A stretch of 64,000 bases of DNA from assembly GCA_004431415.1 (NCBI GenBank), contig QPMI01000521.1, positions 168,861-232,860 of the forward strand, written 5' to 3'. The DNA is from Cyanophora paradoxa CCMP329. Lineage: Eukaryota > Plantae > Glaucophyta. The number at the start of each line of letters is the position of its first letter. The first letter of the stretch is position 1. The notes beneath the pieces were generated by a model. It was not told where the DNA came from. It saw only the letters and a list, made by a program, of their open reading frames with translations, and made no database searches. Shown piece by piece: positions 37,781 through 48,776 of this stretch. Made by a program: the position numbers and the translations under genes.

Positions 37781-38035
37781 ATGACGACCAGCGCAGCCCA
37801 GAAGCGTGCGAATGCGAATTACCGGGCGACCGGTAAAGGTAAAATTGCTCTCCAAAAGAATAAGGACAAAATGCGTAAGAAGGTTTTCGAATTGTATCAG
37901 TCCGATGAATGCTATCGGTCGTTAAAGATCGTTCAAGCAAGCCACCGGGCATATTCCAATAATGCGATTTGTTTCGTAAAGTTCTTATTCGGCGTTCCTT
38001 ACTCAAATCGGGGTCGCCCATCGAAGTATTTCTAA
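37781..38035 (+). CDS. Small basic protein with C-terminal GRP (AT-hook-like) motif
   Basis: 84 aa, ends NRGRPSKYF; resembles 48978-49205, which ends VGRPRKY. Confidence 0.55.
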   Translation: MTTSAAQKRANANYRATGKGKIALQKNKDKMRKKVFELYQSDECYRSLKIVQASHRAYSNNAICFVKFLFGVPYSNRGRPSKYF

Positions 38036-38254
38036 TTCTTTTTCTCGGCGCGCTTGCTCTGAGAAAGACAAAAAAAGCGCAAACGCGCAAAAATAAAGCT
38101 CTAGTTTCGTGTTATTTTTTGTCCCCCTTTTGTTATTTTTACATAGCCCTCAAATTCGCAATGCTCGATTTTGCGGTGGCTCAAAAAAATGATGTCAAGG
38201 TAAAAAAATGACTTAAAGATAATTTTTCTTTGGATATATAAACAGCGCAATAAG

Positions 38255-41200
38255 ATGCCTCGCCCTTCTAATCGGTTGATTCGAAAGCTTAATGAGGACA
38301 CTATCGGTTACACAACTATGAGTCTTGTGCATGGATTGATGACGACAGAGCAAGCTAACCTTATTCTTAACGCGATTAGTAGGAGAATTACGTTAAAAAC
38401 GGCAAAAGATTGGAAGGGAATTTATGAAAATAACCTTACAAAGCGTGAGGTGGGGGATGAGCTCCAAAGATTGGGCGCTATTGACGTTCCCCAAGAACTT
38501 ACGGAACAGCGACCAAAGCGAAACACCATGACGCACCTTAGCCAGTTTAATAAGCTAATGAATAATATAAAAGAAAAAATCGAAACTTTTGATGGTGACA
38601 CTGTGACCATGTATTTTCGTTTATATCGACAGATTGAAAAAGAAGTTCCCGAAAATGCTCGAATTGTTGAAGAATGGGGTGCCAGATACTACCAAGTCCT
38701 CAAAGATAGAAAGGATGGTTCATTTAATTCGGTAACTCTGAAAAAAGACTTATTCTTGCAATCCCTCGACTATGTTAAAAGACCATTTACAGGCGTTCCA
38801 AGCATTGAGAAAGTAGGAATTAAACCATTCATTGCATCTAACATAGAATCTATACATAAAAACCCGGGCTTACGCTATCTGAAAAATGTCCATAGGGATA
38901 CCTATAATGATGTTGTAACGATTGAGAAGATCAGATTAGACAATGATAATGACATTATTCCCAAGATTGATAGAATCCTCCGTGACTATCAAGCTCCCAT
39001 GATTCCATCTAAGTATCTCACTTACGAGTTTGGTGAGAACTCCAAAACATTTAATGATCTCTTTGACAAGACAAAAAACAAGGAATTACGAATTAAATCA
39101 TGTGTTCCTGATGCTTTCATTACAGTCTTTGCGCCAGCTTTTGAGAAAGCCAAGAAAGACTATAAACGTTATGTTAATGTTAAGTTTGATCATGCCTATT
39201 TATTTAAATTGGTGCATGGTCGCGATCCTGTTGAAGGGGATGATTTCGGATTATCATTAAGACAAATAACCAATGCATTTTTGAAGCCAAATAAGCTTTG
39301 CATGATAGTGGTAGACGAAAATGACAAAGTGGATTACGAACTATCATATATCCCTGTGGATGCAAACGGAAAGAGAGCAAGAAATAAGTTTCTCAGACCA
39401 TCCACCATCTATATTAAGGCTCAAAACGATCACATGTATTTACTTAACTACAATGTTGAGAGCCTTAAACAATCTTTCAATGGGTCGAAACCTATCGAAA
39501 AAGAAATTCCTTTGGGTTGCAGGTTCAGACTGAGAAGAAATGATAATACCAGTGGCAACTTTTTCGCAGCTAATGAGGATCACATAGTGACTGTTCTCCA
39601 ATCAGAGGAAGCCAAGGAAAAAAAACTTATTCGCATCAATTATGGCGGTGTTGGTGGTCTCACTAAGTTGTATACTTCTTTCCTGACAGTGCATAATTAC
39701 ATAGCTGATGCCAGAATTTCGGTTCTCGGATCCATCCAAAGCATAAGGTTCAAATACAAAGGCAAGGATGTAGTAATTATTCCTGTGTGTCCAGAAGTTG
39801 AAGTAGAGACAGCTTATCACTTGCAGTTTGAGAACTCAGAGCAGAGTAATGCATTCACCAAATATAATAACTTGTTATACGATTCATTAATTAACCGATC
39901 ATTGAAGAGTATCTTTAACGAAAATACGCGAAATGCTTTCATTATCGGTTCCCAGAGTGCGCTTAATGGTCGCTTTGAAGATTCCCCCGAAATCATCCAA
40001 GACTTAGCCACAGGATGTCTTAAAATGTATGAGCATGACGGATGTAAAGCTTATGCGGGTCATGTAAATTCGTTTGAGTATTTCCCAGTATTTAGCGAAT
40101 TTGATGACTTTAAGAATGTTACAATTAAGTCAGTGGCTGATGTGGAACCTTACAGCTTCTACTATGTAACTCTGAAAAAAGGAAAATACCTTATTAAGAA
40201 GGATTCGAAAGGTAAGGAGTGGGTGCAATACACAAACGATTCTAACAAAATACCACACATTCCAAAGATGAATTGTATTCTCATCGATTCTCCATGTAAT
40301 CTGATACCAGGATTTATGCTAACAGAATATTATGACGACCTGATAGACATAATCGATGTCAAATATATCCTAAAACCCTATCTGATTGTTAGAAATGTTG
40401 TTAAATATGTCATACAGCAAGTATTAGAGAGCAACCTTAGCGAAACTGAGAAAAAGCAAATTCTTGTAACCATTATTGGTATGCTCGGAAAACAAAAAAA
40501 TCAGAGATCAAGAACTAAACCATTTTTCTTAAAGTCTGATGCTATCGAATTTGCTAAAAAGCATGGTGGCGATGTGAAATTATTATGGTTGGGTGAGAAT
40601 AAGCCCAATAAAGAAACTTTTGAGGATTTCGAGGATCCTAATCGAATTGTTGCAAGTGGTGAGATTACAGACCCTCACATTTGGTATGTTGAAACGATCG
40701 AAGAAAGGCAACTTATAGACGGATTCCTCAATCCAAAATATGGTGTATTCAAAACAGCGAATGGAACTTTACAAGAAGTGCAGAGAATCAAAGGGCATAA
40801 TTATGGCTCTAAAAGTTGATGCTGTCTATGAGGCAGTGGATGCCAGCTTAGAGGTTGAAAATGTTTCGTTTGATCGCACTAAATATGAGAATATCGGAAG
40901 GTTCAGCACTAAGGCTATATCTTTCAAAGAGTATTGTAGTAAGATTTTACAGAAGAAGGATGAAGCAAAGAAGACGAATGGTATGATTCGATTCTTTAAG
41001 CCAGAAAGACTAAGGGATTTCGTGACTGTGAAAAAGAATGAAAGCACAACATACACAGTTCCTGATGAATACGACACGAAAGCAATATGTGACATGATTC
41101 TTTCGAAAGGAAAATGTATTAGAATAGAGGGTGATGTTCCAGGAACCGGAAAGTCCTATATTAGTAAGGCGATAGGTCGGGAATTTGAAAGTTCTTTATA

Positions 41201-41835
41201 TATCACACCCACTAACAAGCGTGTGAAGGAAATGAAAGTGGAAGATGGGTTAGAAAATGTGATGACCCTCCATGGTGCGTTTAATCTGAATGTCGATACT
41301 TCCCAAATGGATAACGTCGTAGGTGCAAAAACTAGCAAGATTGCGTCATTTGATGCCGTTATTATAGATGAAGGCTATCAGCTCGACATAGCACAGCTTA
41401 CAGCTTTGAAATACATAATGAAGGTTCTCTATCCTGACAAAACCTATATTTTGAATGGTGACCCATATCAGAATCCACCTATTCAGTTTCTTAGCGTGGA
41501 TCAGAAGGAATACTATAATGATATCTTTAACGAACTATTTTCGAGCATGCTACATTTACATGTAAACAAGCGCCACATTTTACAAGAAGATCGTGATAAG
41601 GTTGAAGAAATGAAGCGGGACTTAATAGAAATGGATATGGACATTTCCGAGTTCATCGCAAAGCATAACATACCTGTGATTTCACCCGATCAGCTAAAAC
41701 CTGACGACAGAGGTATAACTTATACTAGACGCAAAACGGCGCAAGTTAATGCTTTCCTACATCGCATGAAGTATGGTAAGGATAAGCCGACTCACTTTAA
41801 GGGTCTCGAAATCACCGCAACACGGCGACTAACAA
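38255..41835 (+). CDS. Divergent family B DNA polymerase fused to SF1 (RecD/Pif1-like) helicase; one frameshift at ~40730; helicase C-terminus truncated by element B
   Basis: Pol motif A-like HDGCKAY, motif B-like KKQILVTIIGMLGK and motif C-like LKVDAVY (second frame). Helicase motifs GDVPGTGKS, ITPTNK, TLHGAF, IIDEGYQ, GDPYQNPPI and LHVNKR follow; motifs V/VI are absent before the hairpin. Confidence 0.7.
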
Positions 41836-41932
41836 AACACATATTGAAAAACGAATTTAAATCCCTCGTTCATCTCGATCGCTTCGCGATCTCGATTCAC
41901 TCTGGATTTAAATTCGTTTTTCAATATGTGTT
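41836..41932 (-). repeat. Terminal fold-back hairpin of element B
   Basis: 41836-41864 and 41904-41932 are perfect 29-bp inverted repeats. The minus-strand inner part AGAGTGAATCGA-GATCGC-GAA-GCGATC-GAGATGAACGAG pairs symmetrically with only G.A mismatches. Confidence 0.95.
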
Positions 41933-42244
41933 AATTTAATACTAAAATACATATTTATCGATTAATTTCTTTAACTTTTTATGCAAACTTTGTATAAATT
42001 AATGCAAACTTTGTATTAAAAATGATAAACGCGTTTAATTTAATGCATATTCACGATTGATGCAATCGATATTATATCGATAGATTATGTTCTTTGTCGA
42101 TTACATATATAACTTCGATTGATTAACATTAAACTACTTAAAGAACGATATAATCGCGATTAATTCGCATAAATTCGCATAAATTCGCATAAACTCGATA
42201 TATCTCATCGGTATTGAAGTAGACCACCGCCCATTTTGTATCGG

Positions 42245-42510
42245 AAAACGCAAAAACTGTCATAGAGTTGCATTATGTCCAATTAAACAATCGATGGGAT
42301 TGCGGATTTACATTTTTGCACCGAAAAAGTGTCACAGAGTTGCATTATGTCCAATTAAACAATTGAGAAGATTGCGCGATTTTCTATTGGAATATATCGG
42401 AACTGCATCATGTCCAATTAAACAATCGATGAGATTGCTGATGAACATTTTTGCATCGAAAAACTGTCACTGAGTTGCATTATGTCCAATTGATCAATCG
42501 ATTAGATTGC
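42245..42510. repeat. Subterminal ~70-bp tandem repeats of element B (4 copies)
   Basis: Core GAGTTGCATTATGTCCAATTAAACAATCGAT in four degenerate copies. Shorter repeats nearby: (AATTCGCATA)x3 at ~42162-42192 and ATGCAAACTTTGTAT x2 at ~41981-42016. Confidence 0.85.
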
Positions 42511-42607
42511 AGATGTTCTATAAAACAGAATAAATGAATTCAAGTGTGACAGATAGTATTCAAATGATATTCAGTAAGATATATTTCTGTTTTTGAGAAG
42601 AGTAGTA

Positions 42608-43086
42608 AGGGGGGCAGAATGTCTGTGACGCCTGTGACGGCTGTGACACCTGTTTTCAGAAGTCTGTCATTTTTGAAAATTTTAAAAAGTTTGAAAGTAG
42701 GCGTCACAGCCGTCACAGGCGTCACACTCAATTAAAATAGGTGTCACAGCGAAATTGCAGACCATTTCCAGTAAGACAACTTCGCATTTTCAAAAAGGTT
42801 GATTAATGGATAGTGTTTTGGAGGTGTCAGAGGTGTCACAAGTCGGATTTCAGTAAGACAAGAATATATTTTGAATATCTCAGTAAGAGAGATAGATTCC
42901 ATTTTTAATTAGGTGTGACGCCTGTGACGGCTGTGACGGCTATTTTCAGAAGTATGTAGATTTTTGAAAATTTTAGAAAGTTTGAAAATAGGCGTCACAG
43001 GCGTCACAGGCGTCACAGTCAATTAAAGAGGCGTCACAGTCAATTAAATAGGTGTCACACCCGATTATCTGACCATTTTCAGTAAG
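42608..43086. repeat. Two tandem iteron arrays (candidate replication origin)
   Basis: Each unit has 3x TGTGAC(G/A)(C/G)C 9-mers, a ~50-bp A/T-rich core and 3x inverted GGCGTCACA plus extra copies. Units at ~42608-42775 and ~42905-43086. Confidence 0.85.
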
Positions 43087-43321
43087 ACCATCTGAAATTC
43101 TGAATTTCTCAGTGTCAACTAACTCGGAAATCGCAATACTCTATGTTTCTCCGATTTCTCCAACCCTGAAAACACACCTGTTATTCTCTCATCTATCTCA
43201 TGAGATACTCTCGTTTCGCCAAAAAATGACAAACGATTTCCCATCATGCTGTAAAGGAAACATGCCGATTAACCAGCAATATCACAATTTCCATGGGACT
43301 TACATCTTGATTGTGAAAAGA

Positions 43322-43528
43322 ATGCAAGATCATTATGAGATCTTTCAAGAGATGGGATTGCGAATTACAAGGAGATCAACTCTTTGTAGATTCTTGAAAA
43401 AGAATGGTGCTAAATGGGATAAGACAATTCGCCGATGGTATACAGAAGATCGAAAGAGTCCCATTCTTAATATTTTCGAGACAGATGGGGAGTTCTTCTA
43501 TCAGGATCGGTTTAATCATTACCAATAG
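43322..43528 (+). CDS. Small protein with DUF5710-like motif
   Basis: LKKNGAKWDKTIRRWY matches the K..GA.WD...K/R.WY pattern I associate with DUF5710. AAAAAATGAC at 43221. Confidence 0.5.
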   Translation: MQDHYEIFQEMGLRITRRSTLCRFLKKNGAKWDKTIRRWYTEDRKSPILNIFETDGEFFYQDRFNHYQ

Positions 43529-44444
43529 CCAAGAACTCCAACTGGAATGAGTTGTCAATTCCATTCATATCTACAAGATCACCATAATAATCGCGAAACT
43601 CAACTGTTAACTCTCTAATGACCAAATTGCGATCTGTTATTTTTATGTATTCACTGTGCTCTCCACTGTGATAAACATACTGTCCAATATCTTTACTTAA
43701 TTGCAATCTGAGAATCGCCCCTTGATTCTGTGGTTGAGATTGTGGGACAATATTGTGGTTTGTAGCAAATGGGGAGAGTTCTTTAATGTGCATGTACAAG
43801 TACTGTTCTGCATTCATATCTGTCATCTTGGCTGCTTCTAATTTGTAGTTTAATCGAGATGCCTCAAATTCATATCCTGTGAATGTAATTCCCCATTGTG
43901 GATGGTTTGGGGTGATTGGTATTCCTGCAAAGTAGAGGAAATTCTCGGGGGCATATAAAGACCTTGCAGACTCTGGGAAATCGTAAATCTGTTCAGTGGA
44001 AGCCACCCACTCCACTGAACTCACACCAAGAAGTTTACCCAATCTCTGTGTAGATGCAACCATATCGAATTGAACATTACTGTAAAACTCCAATTTGTAG
44101 GAGGTAGGGTTGTAGTAGACCTTGAATGCATATGTGAGATTGTTGCTCCCAGTAAAGGTGAAATTCAGACCGTAATTATATGGAGTGGTGACCCCGAAAT
44201 GACCTTGATTTATGTAACCACTTGGGAGAAGGAAGACCTGCTTGGTTTCAGAGATGCCTTGGTAGTAGAATCTGACAAGAAGGTGGTCTGTTCTAATGGA
44301 GTTATAGATGCTGTTGGGGATCTCTGCATACAAAACTCGACATTCTCTTGGTTTGGTCACTGGGGTTGTGAGTGAAACTTTGTAGGAGTTTTCTATTTGT
44401 CCATCTGATCGGTCTCTGCTATCTATATTGACCAGCCGAATCAT
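43512..44444 (-). CDS. Minor capsid protein (penton) 1, element B
   Basis: LVNIDSRDR N-terminus; C-terminal LTVEFRDYYGDLVDMNGIDNSFQLEF. Confidence 0.8.
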   Translation of the reverse strand: MIRLVNIDSRDRSDGQIENSYKVSLTTPVTKPRECRVLYAEIPNSIYNSIRTDHLLVRFYYQGISETKQVFLLPSGYINQGHFGVTTPYNYGLNFTFTGSNNLTYAFKVYYNPTSYKLEFYSNVQFDMVASTQRLGKLLGVSSVEWVASTEQIYDFPESARSLYAPENFLYFAGIPITPNHPQWGITFTGYEFEASRLNYKLEAAKMTDMNAEQYLYMHIKELSPFATNHNIVPQSQPQNQGAILRLQLSKDIGQYVYHSGEHSEYIKITDRNLVIRELTVEFRDYYGDLVDMNGIDNSFQLEFLAIGND

Positions 44445-44472
44445 TTTAATATATGTTTATAGATAAAAGAAG

Positions 44473-45483
44473 ATGCCTGTGGATTACATCGAAGTGAGCT
44501 CTTTCAATACAATTTCGGGAGATGGACCTACTTCGAGTTTTATTGCTCGCCTCCCAAGCACCTATGAATTTGTGAGAGCAGTAAGACTGGTTTCAGCAGA
44601 ATTCTATAACAGCATTCCCATGGTGAGTGGTGAAACCAAACCAGGAGATGTGACAATAGATAATGCATTCTACCTTTATTGGTCTGAATATTACCAAGGT
44701 GCAGGAAGCACTGGTATTCCAACTGATCGACCTGCTGCTGATTATGAATCATGGAAACACATTGTGATAAGTCGCAGCACACCCATTCAAAACCACCAAC
44801 AATTGGTGAATGTAATTAACTCCAAACTTGCATTGAGAGAACCAGCAGTTGCTATTCGTTGTAAATGGGATGATACACTGAAACGAGTAATATTCCATTC
44901 CACCATACCGTTTTACCTGGCTTTCTCAACTGCAATAAACCCAACCCAGGCACAGATTCAGAGGTTTTTGAGTTCAGCTCGACTGCTTGGTCTTGATCCT
45001 GGGAGATATGGTAACACACCAATCCAATCACAGGTGTACAATACTCTTACTGATGGTATCTTCACTGGGTCGATGGTGCATGGTATTATATCTTCATTTG
45101 AACCCGAGAAGACCAGGGATAGTGTCCTATTTGTGAGAGTAAAGGAGTTGGGTGATCTGGTTCAATGTGGTGATGGTCTCCTCACTGGATATTTCCACAA
45201 AATCGTTGTTCCAGATAAAGATTACGGTGAGCATGTAGTTTATAATTCGACAGAAGCCCATCCGATTTATAAATACTATAACAAGAATCTGGGACTCTCC
45301 ACATTTTCGGTTGACATTGTGAATGCGATTAATGAACCAATTGATTTCGAAGGTCAACCTGTGCACCTCACCTTCGAAATTCGATATGGTGATGAACCTG
45401 CTGGTGATCCTGTGTATGAATATTTCAAGAGGAGGATGGCGGAAACACATCCATCTTATCCTGTAATTGCGAGTTTTGCGTAA
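44473..45483 (+). CDS. Minor capsid protein (penton) 2, element B
   Basis: YIEVSS...SSFIARLP..YEFVRAVRLVSAEF; C-terminal FSVDIVNAINEPIDFEGQPVHLTFEI. Same pattern as the other pentons. Confidence 0.75.
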   Translation: MPVDYIEVSSFNTISGDGPTSSFIARLPSTYEFVRAVRLVSAEFYNSIPMVSGETKPGDVTIDNAFYLYWSEYYQGAGSTGIPTDRPAADYESWKHIVISRSTPIQNHQQLVNVINSKLALREPAVAIRCKWDDTLKRVIFHSTIPFYLAFSTAINPTQAQIQRFLSSARLLGLDPGRYGNTPIQSQVYNTLTDGIFTGSMVHGIISSFEPEKTRDSVLFVRVKELGDLVQCGDGLLTGYFHKIVVPDKDYGEHVVYNSTEAHPIYKYYNKNLGLSTFSVDIVNAINEPIDFEGQPVHLTFEIRYGDEPAGDPVYEYFKRRMAETHPSYPVIASFA

Positions 45484-45537
45484 AATCAAGGATCATTGGT
45501 GAATTTTTTATGTTGCATTATAATAAAAGAGATAATC

Positions 45538-46907
45538 ATGGATATTACTTCGACCCTCCAACGTCTTTCTCTGAAAGAAGCTCTAACAACCCCGGAAGAA
45601 GCCAAGGCGTTCTTCCTGGACAACTCTCTCATGCTTGGTCTTGAATCCAAGTCGAAGCCAGTTCTTGTTGTTGTGAACCCAAGCAACACTTTCGAGAATA
45701 ATGCTGGAAATCGCATTTCGTTCAAGCTCCCTCGCTACAATTTCTGTGGAAAACTCGAACTTGCGTTTGACCTTCCAGCTGTCACTTTTGCTGGTGATAC
45801 CGACCTTGTTCGCAATGGATACGTTCGCCCAGTTGGTGCTCTTGTCTCTCGACTTGAAATTACCTATGGATCTTACACCTTCCATGTGCCTTCTGATTTC
45901 CTTGCTCATTTCCCTCTTATCTATTACAGTGAGGATCAACTCGCCAAGAAGAAGCGTTCAATGGGAATGGTTCATGGTATCCCTGCCCATGGAACCAACC
46001 GACTTGGTGGGTCATTTTTCACTGAAATCCCAGTCCCATGGCTAAACCACTACCTACCTCTTGGTGCTCTCTCAGGAGAAATGGTGGTAACTGTCTGGTT
46101 CAAGGATGCTGGAAAGGGTTATGTTGAGACTTCTTATGGTGGTCGTGAACTTACAACTGCTGTTGGAACTATTGATGCAACTGCTGATGATGGACTTGGA
46201 AATTTCACAGATGGAACCCTTGCCCATGTTGGTCAACAAATCACCACTTTTGGAATTGGTGCAACAACAACCCCGAAATTAAAGTCACTTCTCCTCGTCT
46301 TTACATGCATGCTATTAATGTTTCTGATGAACTGTTTGCTACTGTCATTGAGAAGGTGAAGACCACTGGTATGGCTATTCCTGCTCTGGATATTGGTTTT
46401 GTTGACAGTGTCAATTTTGCTGCAAAAGGCAATGCTCAACCAAATCGTATTAACCTGTCACAGATCTCTGGTCTTGTCTATGGTCTTCTTGTTTCAGTTC
46501 GTGATGCCGCAGGTATTGATGGTTTCAATGGTTCCCACAGTGTCCTAAAAACGCATGCTAACTCAAAAGACATTACTTTCACTGTTGAAATTAATGGTCA
46601 ACGTCTCTATGCTACTGAGCCCATCCCTCTCCTCAAAGGTGCCGAATTAATTGCGGATGCCTTCAAGTGCTCGAATATGGACAAGGTTGCAGACAAATAT
46701 GTCCTCAGTGGTCTACCATTCTGTGTTGATGGAGAGAAAGCGATTCGCAACATTGCCCAGTCTGGCTATGTTGATCTCACGAACTCCTCCTCCTCTTTCC
46801 TCACTCTATACATGCCTTCTGACCAGATAATCACAGTTAATGTTCGTGCTCTCATGCACAGTTTCATTATTGTTGACAAAGATGGTCTTCGTCGCATTAA
46901 TCTGTAA
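45538..46907 (+). CDS. Major capsid protein, element B (single-base frameshift at ~46273 in a C run)
   Basis: ORFs 45538-46359 and 46305-46907 join with one extra C (ATTTPEIKVTSPRLYMHAINV). Motifs ISFKLPR and YLPLGALS; similar to MCP-A; lies between penton and ATPase. Confidence 0.8.
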
Positions 46908-46969
46908 AACCATTATCAGTAACGTTTCGTTATTTTTATCTATCTTTAATAAGAAAGATCTACAAAGCC

Positions 46970-47752
46970 ATGAACGATTTAGAAGAGTTCAATGCAGGCG
47001 AAATGATAACCCCACCATTTCGTGCTCTTTTCATAGGAAAGTCTGCAACAGGCAAGTCAGAATGTGTGAAATATTGGTTGAAACAGCTGCATGATGCGAA
47101 AAAGATTGATACTGTTCTTGTTGTGAGTGGGACGTCCTTCAATCATTTCTGGGATGCAGTTGCAACATTGCAACTCGGGAAATGGGATGCTGCTTACATT
47201 TCCAAACTACTGGATGAAAGGCAGGAGAAAATCGAAAAAGGGGAACCTGTCAATCACCTGTGTGTGGTCTTAGATGATTTAATAGACAACGAAATTATTG
47301 ATTTGACCCGAGACAAAATCGTGGGATCCCTGTATTCCAGAGGTCGCCATTCAAAAATCTCGATTATCTGCATCACACAGAAGCTGAGGAAGGTATCATC
47401 AACAATTCGAGTAAATTCGGATTATGCTGTGTTCCTGAGTGCTGCTAATCGCAAAGAACTCGAAGCCATTGAAGAGGAGTACAATATCATGCGAAACAAG
47501 GACGATTTCTATAAGATGTTTGAGGAGTATGTACACTCCTACCAATATATTGTGTGGTCTTCTGCGAATTATTCGGTGAACTATTATGTTGATAAAGCGG
47601 ATCTGGTCAAAGATTTCCCATTTCCTCGGTTCCACAGGAAGCCCAAAAAGAAAGAGGACGAACTACCATCTCCACAGAAAGAGGAAGCACCCAAGGAGGT
47701 AAAGAGTGGTGTTCATTCAAACAAACTGATGCGATATAAGAGAGGATTGTAA
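46970..47752 (+). CDS. A32-like DNA packaging ATPase, element B
   Basis: FIGKSATGKS, VVLDD, RGRHSKIS..ITQ...IRVNSDY. Confidence 0.92.
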   Translation: MNDLEEFNAGEMITPPFRALFIGKSATGKSECVKYWLKQLHDAKKIDTVLVVSGTSFNHFWDAVATLQLGKWDAAYISKLLDERQEKIEKGEPVNHLCVVLDDLIDNEIIDLTRDKIVGSLYSRGRHSKISIICITQKLRKVSSTIRVNSDYAVFLSAANRKELEAIEEEYNIMRNKDDFYKMFEEYVHSYQYIVWSSANYSVNYYVDKADLVKDFPFPRFHRKPKKKEDELPSPQKEEAPKEVKSGVHSNKLMRYKRGL

Positions 47753-47780
47753 AATAATCTCTGCTTCTTATAAATATACA

Positions 47781-48515
47781 ATGCCTTCGAAACGCAAAGT
47801 TGGTGTTCCTGCTGGTGCTATGTCATATTCTGCATCCTCTGGAACCGGTTCTATTAACACAGATCCCATGAAATTCAATGGTGTCAATGAAGTGAAAGCA
47901 TCACAGCAACAGGAAGATCCCCTCAATGCTGCTTACGAAGAATCTCCCGATGATAAAGCGCCTCAAACATCCACCAGTGATCAATTGAATATTTCACCCG
48001 AAGCCACAAAGATGAAAGCAGTTGGTGAAGGTGCTCGTCGAATTATTGGTGCTGCTGATGATAAAGGACTGGGTCTGCAAGATCTCTCACTTGCTCGCAA
48101 AGGTGAAGGTGTCTCCAAGGAATCAGACAAGGTAATTCAATCCATGGCTGGTGAGGTCACCTACAAGGTCGCACCTACACAGAATATCCACCGAATTCCC
48201 AAAGCCCAATGGGACGAAATGACTGCGAAACTGAAAGATCTGGAAGCGAAATCCAGTGCTCTTGAACAGTATGTCTCTGAGAAGAAAGAGAGAGCGAAAT
48301 TGAAGGAGATGCTGCGAAAGGAGGTGTATAGAATGGGAATTACTGGTCTCCCAGATAAGCAATTCATTGGTAAGAAAGAAACTCAAATCGATGAGCAGGC
48401 AGTTGATGAGATGAAGACCAAAACCCAGAAGGGCACCATTGAACCTGGTGCTACCAAAGCAGAGGTTGACAAAGGTGTTGCCCCAACAGTATATAAACGA
48501 CGAGTATGGCTATAA
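47781..48515 (+). CDS. Charged hypothetical protein (candidate virion core protein)
   Basis: 244-aa ORF with coiled-coil-like stretch, directly after the ATPase; AT-rich TATAAATA leader. Confidence 0.65.
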   Translation: MPSKRKVGVPAGAMSYSASSGTGSINTDPMKFNGVNEVKASQQQEDPLNAAYEESPDDKAPQTSTSDQLNISPEATKMKAVGEGARRIIGAADDKGLGLQDLSLARKGEGVSKESDKVIQSMAGEVTYKVAPTQNIHRIPKAQWDEMTAKLKDLEAKSSALEQYVSEKKERAKLKEMLRKEVYRMGITGLPDKQFIGKKETQIDEQAVDEMKTKTQKGTIEPGATKAEVDKGVAPTVYKRRVWL

Positions 48516-48542
48516 TTATCTCGCATTAAAAGAGAAAGCATC

Positions 48543-48776
48543 ATGGATTTTCTGCGCAAAATCATTGAAATGTTTAATCTCCACATTGTGAGCAATTGTC
48601 ACAGTGGTTGCTGTGACACCAAAGTCGAAATCGAGTTCTCAGACACTGAAAGCCATGGATCTGGTGGAAGGAGATTATCCACAGACTCGGTGGATTTCGA
48701 AGAGCATATTAAGACAGAGACAGTGAGGCGCAGGTCTGTATCTTTCACAGATCCGAAATTAAATCTCGGTAATTAA
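48543..48776 (+). CDS. Small protein with CxSxCC motif
   Basis: 77 aa, IVSNCHSGCC; fills the gap between co-oriented genes. Confidence 0.55.
   Translation: MDFLRKIIEMFNLHIVSNCHSGCCDTKVEIEFSDTESHGSGGRRLSTDSVDFEEHIKTETVRRRSVSFTDPKLNLGN

Larger units (their letters stand above)
29994..41835. mobile_element. Endogenous Polinton-like virus, element A (left part only; interrupted by a retroposon and by element B)
   Basis: Abrupt GC-rich to AT-rich switch at ~29,990, starting 5'-AGTATTA (Polinton ends usually start AG). Subterminal repeats, A32-type ATPase, MCP, penton and PolB-helicase follow; no introns. Confidence 0.85.

Noticed and set aside
42245-42510. CRISPR-like array (30-bp core with ~40-bp gaps)
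   Set aside because: Repeats are degenerate, the gaps resemble each other, there are no cas genes and the context is a eukaryotic virus; better read as subterminal tandem repeats. The same applies to 30054-30440.
42601-42606. AGTAGT as a Polinton terminus
   Set aside because: No matching ACTACT at the inverted copy near 51990, and non-coding B-type repeats already start ~750 bp earlier.
40720-46310. Programmed ribosomal frameshifts in PolB-helicase and MCP-B
   Set aside because: No clear slippery heptamer, both breaks split essential domains, and similar indels are common in the window; sequencing error or mutation is simpler.
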